From assembly GCF_009914755.1 (NCBI RefSeq), contig NC_060929.1: DNA of 64,000 nt. One strand, given 5' to 3'. Source of the DNA: the human T2T-CHM13v2.0 reference genome, Homo sapiens. The translations under genes were made by a program, and so were the position numbers. This document shows positions 30,550 to 43,486 of the stretch, in pieces; positions within the stretch are counted from its first letter, which is position 1; each line of letters opens with the position of its first letter. The notes under the pieces were generated by a model. That model did not search any database. It saw only the letters and a list, made by a program, of their open reading frames with translations, and was not told the origin of the DNA.

Positions 30550-30982
30550 TGATAAACTGATTTCAGTTTGGCTCAAAGTAGTCTCTGTACTTGCCCAATA
30601 AAATTTGACCAAAGTGGCCTCCATAAATAGCGAACTGCAATGTAGCTTGATGTGCAAGCAAATTGTAATCTAACCTGACAGTATACCTACAAACCAAGCA
30701 ACTGAGATTCAGCCAATTATAGTAGCTGAACCTTCAGCTACTATCAGGCTGAAGGCTGCCAAATTATGTCCAAATGAGGCAAATGCCAAACTGCACCGAT
30801 TAAGTAATCTTTGTACATCATTTCTTATTTTTCTTGTTATAAATACAACTCACCATGTTGTAGGTGAGAATCATTTTCAACCATCTTTGGTCTGGAATGC
30901 TGCCCAGTTCTAAAACCTTTTTCTTGTTCAAATAAACTTTGTTAAATTTAACTGGTCTCAATGTTTTTTATTTTTTAATACA
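30550..30982 (+). mobile_element. 3' LTR of ERV1 provirus (MER57-like)
   Basis: Follows the PPT; homologous to 20188-20618; AATAAA signal; ends in CA. Confidence 0.8.
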
Positions 30983-31462
30983 TTATATAAATTTCAATAT
31001 CTAGAAACCTTATGGTGCTGTGACCCTAGGATTCACAACAACATAATGAATGGCACTATAAATTTTATATAGTTTGGGCAAACAAAAAGTTTGCTGATTC
31101 ATATTGCATTATTCTCACAAAACAGTCTGTTTCGGCGTTTGCAACAATCTATTCATTAAAAAAAGTCATGGCTTTTATTAGATGATATGATCACTTATCT
31201 TTTTTTTTTTTTTTTGCCACAGCAGAGCATAAACTCTCACAAAAATAACATACGTTTGGCTAAACTTTGTGTAAACCAAAACGTAACGTCATAGCCATCC
31301 AAAGTATCTGCTAATTAGCAGCAGTACATTGCTCTTTGATCGTTCTGAACATTTCAAAAACGCTACCTCACATTTGGGTGTTGCACTTAGTCCTCTAATC
31401 TTGAAATGGTTCTGCTAACCTGGTATTAACAGGAGCCTCATGACATTGCCTCTTTAGTGGTA

Positions 31463-31998
31463 TGTAACGGTGAAAAGGAGGCCTAGCAAAACTAATTCCA
31501 TTTTGCTCCTAACATCATCCCCCTGCCATGAAAACTTTTAGGTTAACTGCTTTTGTTTATCTTTGCACTTAAGCCAAGCTAGCTATAGGGATAATTTAGT
31601 TGATAGTTTAACTTTAAAACAAGGATGATAATAGTCCCTTGCCAAAACTAACCCCTGAGAACTAAGGAGGCTGTACACACTAACGACAATGTTACAAGCT
31701 TATAAGAGCATTGTGACCTGGCCAAGGAAAAGGAATTTTTCCCTCAGTGCTGCCCAGATGTCTGTGGTCACTATTCACTTTTTGAGCTTCACTCCTTCAG
31801 TCTTCCCTGTTTCCCTAACATAAAAGGAGCCCCAAATTCATAATAGCTTAAGATGGTTATTTAGGACACTACTCCATCACCATATTGGTGTGCTGGCTCT
31901 CTAAAACAAATTTGCTTTCCCTGCTCCAACTCCTGTGTCTCGACTTCCTGGCTGTCTTGTGGTAAGCAGCGGGAGCTTTGGACTGGGTTACAGTAACA
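31463..31998 (+). mobile_element. ERV1 solo LTR (LTR26/LTR8-related)
   Basis: TGTAACGGTGAAAAGGAGGCCTAGC...CTCCATTTTGCTCCTAAC...CAGTAACA. Confidence 0.65.
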
Positions 31999-34495
31999 GA
32001 CAGCACTGCCTGTCTTCCAGAAAGAGTCTTTGTCCTACTTTGCAACAACTGTGGGTTTAAACCTTTCGTAAATTTTTTATTGTCCACTGAGGTTAAGCAA
32101 TTAAATTTAATAGCATTTTAAACAAATATTTTGAGATGATTAGAATAAATAAAATCTGATAATATTTGTTTCTTACTTTGGGTTAAATGTGCTATTTAAA
32201 AATGGTATGATACAGGACCTCTAACCACAATGATTAAAAATCAGGATTCTAAAAATCAATTGTTTAATGTAAAGTGTTTTGCTTATGCATTTCCTACATA
32301 CACTTTATTAATTTTTTTCCAAAAACTCAATTTAACTAAAATATTTGAACACTATCTGCAAACATTACTTTATAGAAGCTAGGTTGTTTTTATAATTTCC
32401 TATTTAAAAAAGCCCTCCACCCCACCTATACACAGCATAAAACAACTCTGAGAACAATCGAAATAGGAGGATAAAATGTGCTATAGCTGGAAGTTTGTAG
32501 ATCTTGTGTATTGTGGGAATGGCAACATCCTATTGTTTGAAAGCAAGAATCTATTAACAGGCAGAAAGGAAACTACAGCTATGAAATATATTTGATGAGA
32601 AAGTTCTACTTACTGTTTGTGCCTCTTGCAATTGCTATAAAAGAGACAGAATTCTCATCAATGTAGAAAGCTTACTACACAATCAACAAGACACTTTCAC
32701 TGAATCCAGGCCTTCTCTCTGATTATAACCACACTCTCCAGATATAGACATTGATATAGATATGTTTTGATACAATGATGTTTGGAGTTTGAATATTGCG
32801 GAGATATTTTGGCTCCAAATTCATAGGAGTAGAAATACCTTACATGGAGAATGATTCAGAGATAGATGTATAATCTTAGGCCTTAAGCTCATGTTTTTCT
32901 TTAAGCCGTTAGTTAATGGCAGACTAAGAGACATTTCTCACCTTGGCATGCATGCAACCCTTGAGTGTCTTCTCCCTTGATAAGCAAAAGCCTGTGATTG
33001 CATATTGAATTCAATATAGTACTCATTTTCTTATAGAGGACTGCCTCTACTTTTAACTTCCCTTTCTCTTACTCTTTTATCTTTCACAGTGGTTAAGAGA
33101 AGATGAAAATGGATTATGCTAAATGAGGTCAAACCTGAAGCCAAAATATCATTGATTTGTTACTTTCCTAGACAAATGCTTGTCTCAGCCTCTGCCAGCA
33201 CTCTCTGTAGTAAGATTTTTCACCATAATATGAATGCAAAAATCTTTTCACTCACTGGAAGTGAAAAGTTGTTTTTGTTTGACATATTATTTTATATTAA
33301 GTATACCTCGAACTCAGTACTAAGGTATTCATACCAAAATAATCTGCCAAAATTCACGGGAGTACCGTATTATGTGAGAGTCCAGGAGCTGAAAAAACTG
33401 ATCTTCTTTAATCATGGCATCATGTTAAAGAGTTTTATTTGTTTATTTCATTTTATTATCCTTGGGTATCAGACATTGTTGCAGAAGTTCAGTATGGTAC
33501 AGTCACCAGGATCAAATGTCTTTCATCTTTGGGTGGAAGAACGAATCTCACAAAATATCCATGATTTCTGGTTAGTCATTTTATAAATTCATATGGTCTC
33601 AACATGTCCAGTGGTCTATCAAGACTCACCAACATTGAGGCAAAAGCAGTCACACAGTATGCACTCCTTCCTCCTCAGGATAGCATTCAGTTATTTTTAA
33701 CAACTCATTTTAGAATGCCCAAAGACGATGTTGTTAAATCTTATATAAGAGTAGAATCTAAGAAGAAATCTTAATTTATTTAATAAAAGGGGTATCAAGA
33801 AATCTATATAGTTAGGTAAAATTATGTTATCTTTTTAAATACAGAAGATAGATATGCTAAAAACTATAACCAAAAATTTAAAAAACTTTGTGTTGATATT
33901 TAGGATTAATAATGTGAATCAGGGTTAAGAATAATTTATTTTCAATTTTCTCATTGCCTGGAGTCTGTAAATACTTATTTAAATAAAAATAAGTTTTCTA
34001 GTGTTGGATTTTTAGTACAGTAAGAAGCAAATACCATAAGGAAAGTGACAAGAATGTTAACTCTACCATAAATCTGGGTCAACCAAGGTATAAACCACTG
34101 TAGGGGAAAACCTTTACAAAATAAGTGTAAAGGCTCAAGGAGAACAAATCCCAAGGGTTAGTTCTCACTAGGAAGAATAAAAAAATTTTGCTGGGTTCTG
34201 GGAAGTTCAATTATAGGAACAGACAACAAGAGGTTTTCAGCCAATTTGAAACTAATTCAGTATATTATGGTGGAAAAAGGCAGTGGCACAGATAACATCA
34301 GCTTGAAACTGAAAGTTGTTGCCTTAAGAGAGACACTAACAAATGGGCTTTATGGTTTGAGCTCCAAGGAAAGAAGGAGGATAGTCAGAAAGAGAGAAAC
34401 AAAAAAAGGGACAAAATAATATTCTATTATGCTCATGCTTGACAGCGAATACTGTAAGTTGTGGTTACTCAGATAATAAAATGAATATTTGATGT

Positions 34496-34660
34496 AACTT
34501 TTTTGTTAGTATAACACAGGAAAAAGTAAATCAGTGGCACAAAAAGCATTACAGGAATCATGAAAAAAGAATAAAGATCAATGAAATAAGAAGATAGGTA
34601 TTCTAAAATAATGAATCGGAGATCTGCTAATTTGTATCATGCCACTTTCTCATTCATCTG
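34496..34660 (+). pseudogene. Decayed glutaminase-like segment 1 (N-terminal helical region)
   Basis: NFFVSITQEKVNQWHK / ALQES*KKNKDQ*NKKI vs human GLS [37 protein letters not shown]; both TGA stops fall at conserved G and R, one change from GGA/CGA. Confidence 0.45.
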
Positions 34661-35338
34661 TGTCTACATTCAAATACCATGCTTGTTTCTATTCTACCTT
34701 TCCTGTAACTAACACTGCCCCAGATTTGTGATTGCAGACATCAACTCCAAAGCAATATATAAGAAAAATAATAATAATTTTTAAATATGCCTAAAAAGGC
34801 ATATTTAAAACATTATATCACATTGATATTTCAAAAACATAATGGATTGAGGTAGAAAAATTGTGAGATTTTTACATTTGCAATATCATACTCAGCTTCA
34901 AATTTCACCTATTCAAATCTGATTTAAAAGTAACATCAATATTATGACTGAAAAATAACCGTTTTTTATTCTGTTAGGTTGAATAATACACTTTTTTGAC
35001 CAAAAAGAAGTCAATTTCATAATATTCATCCTAGTATATTTCAGTTATTCTGTTCTACATGATAATATTAGTAACATAACACATTTTCTGATCTTTTTAT
35101 TTCTGAGTGGTTTCAATGTGTTCTTAAGTTACAAGTTTTCTAGTATGTATGGACATTTCTAACGGCTAGAAAAATCTGGGAAACTTTGTGAGATAGACAT
35201 ATGCAAATTGATAAATCTAGGCCTTCATCTAAAACAACATTACGGGAAATATTCATGAACATTAAAAATATTAAAAGTCTTCACTTTTTCAAAGAAATAA
35301 AAAATATGCTGAGAAATACCAGTATTCATATAGATATT

Positions 35339-35682
35339 TTATATGGTCTAGTTGTGTCCCCACCCAAATCTCATCTTGAATTCCCGTGTGTTGTGAAAAG
35401 GACCTGGTGGGAGGTAATTGAATCATGGGGGCAAGTCTTTCCCATGCTGCTCTAGTGATAGTGAATAAGTCTCATGGGATCTGATGGTTTTCCAAGGGGG
35501 AGTTTCCCTGCACAAGCTCTCTTCTCTTGTCTGCTACCATGTGAGATGTGCTTTTCACCTTCCGCCATGATTGGGAGGCTTCCCCAGCCACATGGAACTG
35601 TAAGTCCACTAAACCTCTTTCTTTTGTAAATTGCCCAGTCTCAGGTATGTCTTTATCAGCAGTGTGAAAATGGACTTATACA
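35339..35682 (+). mobile_element. MaLR solo LTR (THE1-like)
   Basis: ATATGG..TGTGTCCCCACCCAAATCTCATCTTGAA...GGACTTATACA; TSD ATATT. Confidence 0.9.
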
Positions 35683-35740
35683 ATATTACTATAATGCAAC
35701 ACTTTTATATACAAATACTTTAGATATTCACATTCAACAT

Positions 35741-36530
35741 TGCATTAGTCTGCTTGAGCTACCATAACAAAATGCCATAGAGTAGGTGGCTTAAACAACA
35801 GAAATCTTCCCACATTTCTAGAGGCTAGGTCCAATATCAAGGTGCCTTTGGTTGGTTTCTAATGGGCTGCCTTCCTTCATGGTAGATGGCTACCTTTGGA
35901 TTATGTCTTGATATGGCCTCAGTATTAGTCCATTCTTGCACTACTGTAAAGAAATATTTGAGACTGGGTAATATAAAAGCAAAAGATATTTAATTGGCTC
36001 ATGGTTTTGCAGGATGTACAGGAGGCATGCTATCAGAAAGTTTCCTAAAGAAGGCCTCAGGAAACTGACAATCATGGCGGAAGGCAAAGAGGGAGACAGC
36101 ACTTCACATGGCTGGAGCAGGAGCAAGAGAGAAAGAGAGTGGGGAGGTCCCATACACTTTTAAACAACCAGGTCTTCTGAGTACTCTATCATGAGACAGT
36201 ACTAAGGGGATGATGCTAAACCATTAGAAACCACCCTCCTGATCCACTCACCTTCCACCAGGCCCCACCTTCCACTTTGGGGATTGCAACTCAACATGAG
36301 ATTTAGGTGGGACACAAACCCAAACCATATCAACATCTTCTGTGTTTGTTTGGAGAGACAGCATTCCTTGGTGTCTCTTCCTCTTCTTATGAGGACAACA
36401 GTCCTATGGGATGAGGCCCTTATAATCTCACTTAACCTTATTACCTGCTTATAGACCCTGTTTACAAATACAAAACATTGGGCTTCAGCATATGAATTTT
36501 TGGAAAACACAATTTGGCCAATAACAAACA
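35741..36530 (-). mobile_element. MLT1-type MaLR LTR interrupted by an MST LTR
   Basis: TGCATTAGTCTGCTTGAGCTACCATAACAAAATGCCATAGA..GGTGGCTTAAACAACAGAAAT; resumes after 36332. Confidence 0.75.
35921..36332 (-). mobile_element. MST-type MaLR LTR
   Basis: GTATTAGTCCATTCTTGCACT...GAGATTTAGGTGGGACACAAACCCAAACCATATCA. Confidence 0.85.
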
Positions 36531-37620
36531 TAATTTTTTTTTGTTTGTTTAATACATTGTTTTGTATTGTTTACAACTATATTGTTTGTTTATTGATTGT
36601 TTAATACTATATTGATTGTTTAATACAAATGGCTTCTGTTGACTTCTCAGTCTACATCTTTTGATGAAACAAGCTGCCATGTTGAAGAGATACACATGTC
36701 AAAAAACTGAATGTGGCCTATCAATAACATCTGGTGACACGTTGATGTGACAGTCTGAGAGCATATGGAGAACTGAATCCTATCAAGAGCCAAGTGAGCT
36801 TGAAAGCTAACCTTCCCAAGTTGATCCTTGAGATGTTTGATCTATGAAAAAAGGGGTATCCTTAATTGAAGTAAATTTTTCTAAATTATAAAGTAAGCAA
36901 AATTATATTCATCAGTGTGAGCACAGAAAAATCAGTTCAGTTTTCATTATTCTGTCTTCTAGAAAGGCCAGGGAAAAGTAACCTTCTTCATTATGTGAGT
37001 TATCCTTCTTTATATACTGTATTAGACATTGATTACAGATCACAAAATTTCAGATCATGAGACACTTTAGAGTAGAAACCCTTTTATATTTAACCCCTGC
37101 CACTCCCTAGTGCAATAATCACATTAGTTATTGGCAAATACCTGTTGAAACAGCATAATAATGAATGTTTCCAGTGTCCATATTAATAGTTGGCCTTGAT
37201 TTTTCACCTTTATGAGATAAAATATCAGAAAGCCATATTTTTAGGAGTTGCCACTGCTATAGGATACAGAAAGTGACAGGGAAATATTGGTCCTTTATTA
37301 GGAATGATAAACTCTAGATTTTATACAATATCATATATATGTATTGAAGCCACCATCAAATTGAGGTCACAGGAAAGCAAGTAAACTGAATTCCAAGTGA
37401 CAAATCCCTCAGAGGAGAGATGGGACATATAAGCTGCTTTATCTTTGTCATAAAAAGAAGAAGAAAAGCCATTAAAAATAAATCAGCTTAATTAAGCGTC
37501 CAGATGACCAAATGTATTAAGTTAGATCAATGGTTCTCAACCCAGGGTAATTTTACTCTTCAGGTTCCATTCACAATGTCTGAATACATTTTTAGTTTTC
37601 ACAACTAGGGATGAGGAATA

Positions 37621-38407
37621 TGTAGGAAAAACTCTCTTTAACTGCATTTTCTTATACTCTTTCATTGCAACATTCATCAACATAGAAGACTTCTGTGACC
37701 ATATGTGTGTTTTTCTTTTCCACACCCCATGCAGTAGATACCAAATGGGTATCCTCCAATTCAGTTCCAACACTATCTACCCAGAGATAGTGTCATATCC
37801 CACAGGTTGAGGGCTCAGTCCCAAAAGCTGCCCTCCCACCCCACCAGTCACAAGTCTAGTCCTCTGAAACTACTGACCAACTGGCTTCATGATGGGGTTC
37901 CCATCATCCCCTCTTTGGGTTCAATTAATTTTCTGGAGTGGCTTACAGCAACATTTAATGTTTACCAATTTATTATAAAGGATACAGATGAAGAGATATA
38001 TATGTGGGAAGAGGCGCTAAGCTTCCACACCCTCCCCAGGCAGGCCACCCACCAGGAACTTCCACATGTTCAGCTATCCAGAAGCTCTCTGAATCCTTCT
38101 TTGGTTGTTGTGGAAGCTTCATGGTGTCATCATTCCTTCCCCCACAGTATAGGGTGGTAGATTCTCAATGGAGGGTCTTAAGACCAGCAATTAGAAAGGC
38201 AGGGTAACATTAAAGTCTTGCCTTGGGGCAGATGAATGTCAGAGGAGGGTCGGAGAAGGTCACAGGAGGGCAGAACAAGGTCAGAGGCCCATTCTGAGGC
38301 TAACACACCCAACATTATAGCAAAAGACTGGTATATATAGCAAAAGGGCTTTGGTAGTTATAAGCCAGAAACCATAGATGAAAATCAATATATATCATAA
38401 CACCACA
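37621..38407. mobile_element. LTR (MER21-like)
   Basis: TGTAGGAAAA...AGAAGACTTCTGTGACC...GGTTGAGGGCTCAGTCCCA...CATAACACCACA. Confidence 0.7.
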
Positions 38408-38565
38408 GAAATATCATCCCCACTGATCTGGACCTGTGTATTATCACCTTTCTGCCTTGAGTGAGAGTGAGATCTGTGTTTGTTTCTAGCAAACAGTGTG
38501 GCAAGGGAAATGGGATTTCACTTTCTTGACAATGTTTCATTACATAAGTCTCCATATTAACCAAG

Positions 38566-40908
38566 TGTATTAGTCCATTTCACACTGCTTTTAAGAAATA
38601 ACCAAGACTGGGTAATTTATGAAGGAAATAAGTTTAATTGTCTTACAGTTCAGCATGTCTGGGGAGGCCTCAGGAAACTTACAATCATGGTGGAAAGTGA
38701 AGGGGAGCAAGCTTGTATCTTCTCACATGACAGCAACAGACAGAAGCGTGTGAAGCAAAGTGGAAGAACCCCTTATAAAACCATCAGATCTCATGAAAAC
38801 TCACTCAATACCATGAGAAGAGCATGGGGAAAACTGTCCCCATGATCCAGTCACCTCCCACCAGTTCTCTTCCCAGACACATAGGGATTATTTGGATTAC
38901 AATTCAAGTAGAGATTTGAGTGGGGACACAAATCCAAACCATATCATTCCACCCCAACCCCACCCAAGTCTCACATCCTCACATTTCAAAACACAATCGT
39001 GCCTTCCCAACAGTCCCCCAAAGTCTTAACTCATTCCAGCATTAACTCAAATGTCCACAGTTCAAAGTCTTATCTGAGACAAGGCAAATCCCTTCCAGCT
39101 ATGAACCAGTAAAATAAAAAAAAAGTTACTTCCTTCCAAGATGCAATTGAAGTACAGACATTGGGTAAATACACCTGTTCCAACTGTCAGAGATTGGCCA
39201 GAACAAAGTGGCTACAGGCCCCATGCAAGTCTAAAATTCAGTAGGGCAGTTATTAAATCTTGAAACTCTGAAATTATCTTCTTTGATTCCATATCTCACA
39301 TCCAGGTCATGCTGAAGCAAGAGGTGGGCTCACATGATCATAAGCAGCTTTGCTCCTGTGGCTTTGCAGGGTACAGCTACCCTCCCGGCTGCTTTCAATG
39401 GCTGGCATTGAGTGTCTGTGCCTTTTCTACCTGCATGGTGTATTCTGGGGTCTGGAGGATGGTGGTCCTCTTTTCACAGCTCCATTAAGCAGTGCTCCAG
39501 TGGGAATTCTGTGTGGGGGCTCCAACCCCACATTTCCCTCTATGCTGCCCTAGCAGAGGTTCCCCATGAGGGCTCTGCTCCTGAAGCAAACTTCTGCCTG
39601 CCAAACATTTCCATACCTCCTCTGAAATGTAGGCAGAGGATCCCAAAACTCAATTCTTGACTTCTGTGCACTTGCAGGATCAACACCACATGGAAGCCAC
39701 CAAATCTTGGGGCATTCACCCCCTAAAGCCAAAGCTCAGGCTGTATCTTGGTCCCTTTTAGCCACAGCTGAAGCTGAAATGGCTGGGTTGCAGGGCACTG
39801 AGCAGTGGGGGCCCTGGGCCATGTCCACAAAACCATTTTTTTTCCTAGGCCTCTGAGCCTATGATGGGAGGGGCTGGGATGAATGTATCTGACATGCCTT
39901 GGAGACATTTTCCCCATTGTCTTGGTGATTAACATTCTAGTCCCAGTCACTTATGCAAATTTCTAGAGCTGGCTTGAATTTCTCCCAAGAAAATTGGTTT
40001 TTCTTTTCTATCACATCATCAGGCTGCACATTTTCCAAACTTTTATGCTCTGCTCCCCTTTTAAGCGTAAGTTCCAATTTTAAACCATCTCTTTGTGAAT
40101 GCATAAAACTGAAAGCTTTTAAGAGCACCCAGGTCAATTTTTGAAGGCTTTGCTGCTTATAAATTTATTTCACCAGATTATCTAAATCATCTCTATCAAG
40201 TTCAAAGTTTCACACATCTCTAGGGCAGGGGCAAAATGCCACCATCTCTTTGCTAAATCACAGCAAGAGTGACCTTTGCTCCAGTTCCAAATTAGTTCCT
40301 CATCTCCATCTGAGACCACTTCAACCTGGCCTTCATCGTCCATATCACTATCAGCATTTTGCATAAAACCATTCAACATGTCTCAAAGGAAGTTTTAAAC
40401 TTTCCCAAATCTTCCTGTTTTCTTCTGAACTTTTCAAATTGTTCCAACCTCTGCCTGTCACGCAGTTGCAAAGTATCTACCACATTTCCAAGTATCTTTA
40501 TAGCAGTGCCCTACTCTCCGTAGTATCAGTTTACTGCATTAGTCCACTTTTACACTGTTAGAAAGAAATAACCAAGACTGGGTAATGTATACAGGAAAGA
40601 GGTTTAATTGAATCACAGTGCCGCATAGCTGAGGAGGCCTCAGGAAAGTTACAATCATGACAGAAGATGAAGGGGAAGCAAGTTTAGACCTTCTCAAATG
40701 GCAGCAGCAGAGAAAAGTGCATGGAATGAGGTGGTGAAGAGCTCCTTATAAAACCATCAGATCTCCTGAGAACTCACTCAACAGCATGGGGGAAACTACC
40801 CCCATGATCAAATTACCCCTCACCAGATCTCTCCCCAGATACATAGGGATTGTGGGGATTACAATTTGAGATGACCTTTGGGTGGGGATGCAAGTCAAAA
40901 CCATATCA
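38566..40908 (-). mobile_element. Full-length MaLR element (THE1D/MST-like): LTR 38566-38946, internal region, LTR 40535-40908
   Basis: Two homologous LTRs around ~1.6 kb of THE1-int-like sequence; TSD CCAAG on both sides. Confidence 0.92.
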
Positions 40909-40913
40909 CCAAG

Positions 40914-41212
40914 GGAGTGAGTGTCTCTCTTTCTTGCTTGCCTTCCAGAGGCAAACTGCTATGATATGAACAGCACACAGAGAGAACTGCATGGCAAGGA
41001 ATTATGAGCAGTTTATAGAGTTGAGGGTCTCTGGTCCATAACTGCTAGGAACTGCATTCTGTCAATAACTATGTGAACTTGAAAGAGGATCCTGAGCTCC
41101 AGATGAGAACCTAGCCTCTCCAACACTTTGACTGTAGTCTTATAAGCCATGAGCAGAGGACTCAATCGATCCATGCCCAGACTTCTCACCTACAGAAACT
41201 GTGATATAATAA

Positions 41213-41256
<44 letters not shown>

Positions 41257-41300
41257 GGCCCTATATTTGTGGTAATTTGTTATCTAGGAATAGATAACCA
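40914..41300 (+). mobile_element. MLT1-type LTR, 3' part (5' part at ~38430-38560), containing (TG)n
   Basis: ATGGCAAGGAATTATGAG...CCATGCCCAGACTTCTCACCTACAGAAACTGTGATATAATAAATATGTG. Confidence 0.75.
41215..41254. repeat. (TG)n microsatellite
   Basis: Pure TG run. Confidence 0.97.
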
Positions 41301-42305
41301 ATTAAAAGTACTCCTGGCATCTAGTAGGTAGAGATCAGGGATTGTGTTAAATATGCTAAAATGTTCAGGACAGCACCCCACAATAAAAGATTTATCTAGC
41401 TCAACATGTTAATAGGGCCAATGTTTTAAAAATGTGACTCAAGATAGGGGACCAAAGAGAATTCCACTCTCTCAGCCCTAACTTTGCCTTGGAGATGTAC
41501 CATGTTGGAGGTGATGAGGGGCAACTATAGAATAGCAAACCACCACCTGTTCCCCTGTACTTTTCTTACATATGAATCAAAAAATTTGAGCTGGCAGGGA
41601 ATGGGCAGCAAACCCTCCCTCCTCTCCATTTGTGAAACACACACTGCTTTAGGGAAAGAGGTAGAAACAAAAATATATTTGCTACTGTGGGAGGTGTGGA
41701 AACCCCTCTTTCCCTCCCAGGACTCAGACAAAGATCTACTACTTGCAGGAGAAGCTTCAAATGAGAGAAAGAGACAACATCATGAGCTCAAGATTCTGCA
41801 CCATATCAAAGGAGAAGACTTGCACCATTGGGGTAAGGGTAAAAAAGAAGATCTCTTTCTGTCCCAAACCACCATAGATAGCATGCAAAATTTGACTGCC
41901 AAGAGGAAGAAAGATATAAATGCTGAGAAGGCACCATCCACAAGGCCCAAGTTCACAGGACCTGCCTAAGATTCAGGTCACCCTCCAAAGATGTCCTTAT
42001 CCTGATTCTCAGAAACTGTGACTATGTCACCTTACTGGCAAAAGAAATTTTGCAGATGTAATTCCTTGAGATAGGCAGGTTATTCTGGATTACCCAAGAA
42101 CCCAATGTAATCACAATAATCCCCCTAGAAGGCAGGCAAGAGAGTCAAAGGCAGAGAAGGCCGTGTGATGATAGAAGCTGAGCCAGTGAAGGGAATGTGT
42201 CAATGCTATGCTACTGCTTTTGAAAATAGTGGAAGGAGCTGTAGCCAAGGAATATAGGTGGCCTTCAGAAACTGGAAAGGCTAGAAAATGAATTTTCTCC
42301 TAGAG

Positions 42306-42763
42306 CAACAGTCCCTAACCCCTCGGCCATGGACAAATACAAATCCGTGACCTGTAAAGGGGCTGGTTGCACAGCAGGAGGTGAGCCACAAGTGAGTGAG
42401 CAAAGCCTAGCTCCGCCTCTTGTCAGATCAGCCATACATTAGATTCTCATAGGAGCACGAACCCTACTGTGAACTCCTCTGTGCCAGGGATTTAGTTTGA
42501 GCTCCTTATGAGAATAGAGTAATACCTGATCTGTCACTGTCTCCCATCATCCCCAGATGAGACCGTCTAGTTGTAGGAAAACAAGCTCAGGGCTCCCCCT
42601 TATTCAACATTATGGTGAGTATTTAAAAATAATAGAAATAAAGTGCACAAGAAATGCAGTGTGCTTGAATCATCCTGAAACCATATCCCCACCCCCAGCA
42701 GTTCATAGAAGGGTTGTCTTCCAAGAAACCAGTCCCGGGTGCCAAAAAGTTTGGAGACCACTG
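42306..42763 (+). mobile_element. MER1A-like hAT-Charlie MITE
   Basis: CA..GTCCCTAACCCC...ATTAGATTCTCATAGGAGCACGAACCCTA...GCCAAAAAGTTTGGAGACCACTG. Confidence 0.85.
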
Positions 42764-42769
42764 CCCTAG

Positions 42770-43486
42770 TGTTACGTGGGGGTCCTTGTTCTTAGAGCTC
42801 CCAAGAGGATGGCGGGTGGTTTCCAAGATGGCGGCAAGCCTCTTGCTCTTTGACCTGGGATTCTTGGCCTCACAGATTCCAAGGAATGGAATCTTGGGCC
42901 ACTCGGTGGGTGTTACAGCTCTATTCAGCTCAATCAGGACAAACCCCAGGCACTTAGCCCACACAGGAACAATGGCGAGCCTCTTGCCCAATTGGGAGTG
43001 GCAATGGGCGCCGCCTGGCTGGATCAGAAGTGCAGTGGACCCCCTGTCAGATCCGGAGGGGTGGAAGTCAGCGGCGGCATCTGCGACGACGGCAATCAGC
43101 AGTGGTGGACAACCAGCGAAAGTTCAGTTCCAACTGGAACAAACACGGACCAGAGAGTGTGCAGTTGCAATATTTAATAGAGTGAAAACAGAGCTCCCAT
43201 ACAACAGGAGGGGACCCAAAGGGGATTGCCAGTTGCCTGCTGGAATGCCTGAATTTACATCCTGATCATTGTCCCTCCCTCTGTGCTCTCAGGCGATAGA
43301 TGATTAGCTATTTATGTACCTCCTGTTTTTGCCTAATTAGGATGTCAGTGAGCTTTCTTTACTACCTGATTGGTTGGTTGTGAGCTAAGTTGCAAGCCCT
43401 GTGTTTAAAGGTGGATGTGGTCACCTTCCCAGCTAGGCTTAGGGATTCTTAGTCGGCCTAGGAGATCCAGCTAGTCCTGTCTCTCA
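42770..43486 (-). mobile_element. HERV-W solo LTR (LTR17)
   Basis: Reverse complement begins TGAGAGACAGGACTAGCTGGAT..CCTAGGCCGACTAAGAATCCCTAAGCCTAGCTGGGAAGGTGACC; 4-bp TSD CTAG. Confidence 0.88.

Larger units (their letters stand above)
37527..41437. mobile_element. MER20-like DNA transposon split into 37527-37620 and ~41305-41437 by nested LTR elements
   Basis: CAATGGTTCTCAACCCAGGGTAATTTT...CACAACTAGGG and CTCCTGGCATCTAGTAGGTAGAG...GGACAGCACCCCACAA are the two halves. Confidence 0.7.

Noticed and set aside
39350-40379. Several ORFs on both strands
   Set aside because: Decayed internal sequence of the THE1/MST MaLR element.
41484-41969. 161-aa ORF
   Set aside because: No recognisable motif, non-ATG start, embedded among repeats and resembling an old L1 5' region.
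42623-43265. 183-aa (+) and 122-aa (-) ORFs
   Set aside because: Lie within MER1A/LTR17; GC-rich LTR sequence gives chance ORFs.
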